64,000 nt of DNA from the IMG/VR virus record IMGVR_UViG_3300011242_000003, positions 1 through 64,000 of that record; one strand, given 5' to 3'. Below, piece by piece: positions 62,106 to 64,000 of the stretch; the stretch's first letter is position 1, and the number at the start of each line of letters is the position of its first letter. Below the pieces are notes generated by a model. It was not told the DNA's origin, did no database searches, and saw only the letters and a list, made by a program, of their open reading frames with translations. The stretch is from a virus (lineage: Duplodnaviria > Caudoviricetes). The translations under genes and the position numbers were made by a program.

Positions 62106-62133
62106 AGAGTAGGAGTCAAAGCCTACTCTTTTT
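62106..62133 (+). terminator. Rho-independent terminator closing the MazF-TPR-peptide operon
   Basis: AGAGTAGG...CCTACTCT followed by a T tract. Confidence 0.7.
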
Positions 62134-62163
62134 AGAATAATATATTAAATGAGGAGAGGTTGA

Positions 62164-62769
62164 ATGGGAAGAATAAAAGATAATATAATTATTATATATG
62201 ATAATTATGCGGAGATGGTAGTAGAAAGCAAAGGAAACATATATAAAGCGTTAATAGACAAAGAAGACATAAAAAGAGTAGATAAATATAAGTGGTGGTT
62301 GTCATGCAATGGTTATTTAATGACGGATACATATGATGGTGACTATAAAAACAGATATACCATTCACAGATACATATTAAACGTTGATGATAGAGAGATT
62401 CTAGTAGACCATATTAATAGAAATAGATTAGATAATAGAAAATGCAACTTAAGAAAAACAACACCTACTGGAAATAGCATCAATAGGTCAGTACAGAGTA
62501 ATAATAAATCAGGAATAATAGGTGTATCATGGAGTAGAAAACTTAATAAATGGGAGGTTAGAATTAAACTTCATGGAAAGAAGAAATTTATAGGATACAC
62601 TAAAGATTTAGAAGAAGCAACAAGAATGAGATTACAAGCTGAACTAGATATATTTGGAGAAGAGTATGCACCACAAAGACATTTATTTGATAAATATAAT
62701 ATACATACAAGAAATTCAGAAAAATATGATTTAAAATACGAAGATGAATTTAATGAACAAATCAAGTAA
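62164..62769 (+). CDS. HNH homing endonuclease with AP2-like domain
   Basis: VDHINRNRLDNRKCNLR; NKSGIIGVSW...KW...IG....EEA...RL.AE. Confidence 0.88.
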   Translation: MGRIKDNIIIIYDNYAEMVVESKGNIYKALIDKEDIKRVDKYKWWLSCNGYLMTDTYDGDYKNRYTIHRYILNVDDREILVDHINRNRLDNRKCNLRKTTPTGNSINRSVQSNNKSGIIGVSWSRKLNKWEVRIKLHGKKKFIGYTKDLEEATRMRLQAELDIFGEEYAPQRHLFDKYNIHTRNSEKYDLKYEDEFNEQIK

Positions 62770-62862
62770 AATAATATATTAAATATACTTTATAATAATA
62801 TGATGATATGTTATTATTAATACATAAGAACAGCACTATTAAAACTAAGAGTTTAAGAGGAG

Positions 62863-64000
62863 GTGATTAAAATAAAAATATCAAGAGTAGAAAGACATAA
62901 TATTTTAAGAGCAAATCCCTTGTGGAATGAATTAGATAGTCTATGTTTTAAATCCAAAAATCTATATAATTATGCTAATTATATAATGCGACAAAGCTTT
63001 ATAAATAAACAGGGTATTATTAAGTATGGTGATTTAACATATCAATTAAAACATAGTGAACCTTTTAAAGACTTAGGAAGTAATTCCTCACAACATGTTT
63101 TAAAAATGTTATGCAGAGATTGGAAATCGTTTATGGAATTGCTAAAGATGTATAATAAGAATCCAAATAGCTTATTAGGAAGACCTAAACTACCACATTA
63201 TAAAAATAAAAATGGTAGACATATATGTATCTTGACTAATTGGCAATCACAAATTAAAGATGGATATTTATTCTTTGCATTTAAACCTTTGAAGCCTTTT
63301 AATAATAAAATTAAAACTAAAACAAAAGGAAAACATATGCAAACTAGAATTATACCTAAAGGTGTTTGTTATATATTAGAGATAGTATATGAAATTGAAG
63401 TACCTGATATAAAAGAAGAATCTAAAAATATTTCTAGTATTGATTTAGGGATAAACAACTTTGTAACTTTATCAAATAATATTGGTGCAAAATCAATTAT
63501 TATTAATGGCAAGGGGATTAAATCTTATAATAAATACTGGAATAAGCAAGTTGCAAAATATAGAGCATTAGCAAAAATTAACAATGCTTTAGATTGGAGT
63601 AAAACTTTAGAAAGGTTATATAATCAAAGATACAATAAAATGGAATATTGGATGCATAAGATAAGTAAAGAAGTTATTAATTATTGCATAGCATTAAATA
63701 TTGATACTTTAGTTGTAGGATTGAATAAAGAGTGGAAACAAGAAAGTAAAATGAATAATATAGTAAATCAAACTTTTATTCAAATTCCATATGATAATTT
63801 AATTAATAAACTAAAGTACAAATGTGAAAATGTAGGGATTAAATTTATAATCACAGAAGAAAGTTATACGAGTGGTACATCATTTTTAGATAATGAATTA
63901 CCAATAAAAGAGAACTATAATAAATCAAGACGAGTTAAAAGAGGTTTATTTAAATCCAATAATGGTATGTTGATAAATGCTGATTTAAATGGCAGTTATC
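62863..64000 (+). mobile_element. tnpB: IS200/IS605-family TnpB gene (truncated by the window end; no tnpA seen)
   Basis: Not in the ORF track because it is open-ended. My translation gives SKNLYNYANY, RuvC-I SIDLGINN, IPY..LI.KL.YKCE, EESYTSGTSFLD, RVKRGLF and INADLNGS. Confidence 0.88.

Noticed and set aside
876-62765. Many short antisense ORFs in the track (e.g. 876-1169, 1321-1779, 10466-10768, 17002-17295, 35715-36059, 60933-61169)
   Set aside because: They are shadow frames opposite well-supported genes, Ser/Leu/Phe-rich and without RBS.

Overview
A 64-kb, very AT-rich segment of a large temperate siphovirus that resembles Bacillus SPbeta and Clostridium c-st. The host is probably a Clostridium-like firmicute, and the element looks able to replicate as a phage-plasmid. 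Positions 1-28 kb (mostly minus strand) carry the virion and late module: tape measure, tail, head-tail, capsid, protease, portal and terminases. They also carry ClpP, a metallophosphoesterase, a ~550-nt structured non-coding region, an HNH endonuclease, a beta-CASP nuclease and a YonO-like RNA polymerase. Positions 28-40 kb hold maintenance functions: a Rep_3 initiator with iterons, TubY/TubR/TubZ partition, Mrr, an FtsK plus replication-relaxation pair, and ParB. A 2.3-kb strand-skewed non-coding region marks the switch in gene orientation. Positions 42.7-64 kb (mostly plus strand) contain many small early genes, a hammerhead ribozyme, a tyrosine recombinase, SroE/SroF(MrpR)-like lysogeny genes, an HNH and a partial TnpB. 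The best candidates for new biology are three. (1) An operon of an orphan MazF/PemK-like nuclease, an HTH-less TPR protein and a secreted pre-peptide carrying two identical GEGQGSWGME copies, placed beside the lysogeny repressor genes. It suggests a non-canonical arbitrium-like communication system. (2) A GTC-TGA-GTA stop-hop inside a hairpin in the HxHxDH catalytic motif of the beta-CASP nuclease. (3) A large ornate ncRNA preceded by a tRNA-Lys-like element. All family assignments come from motif recognition and synteny; no searches were run.
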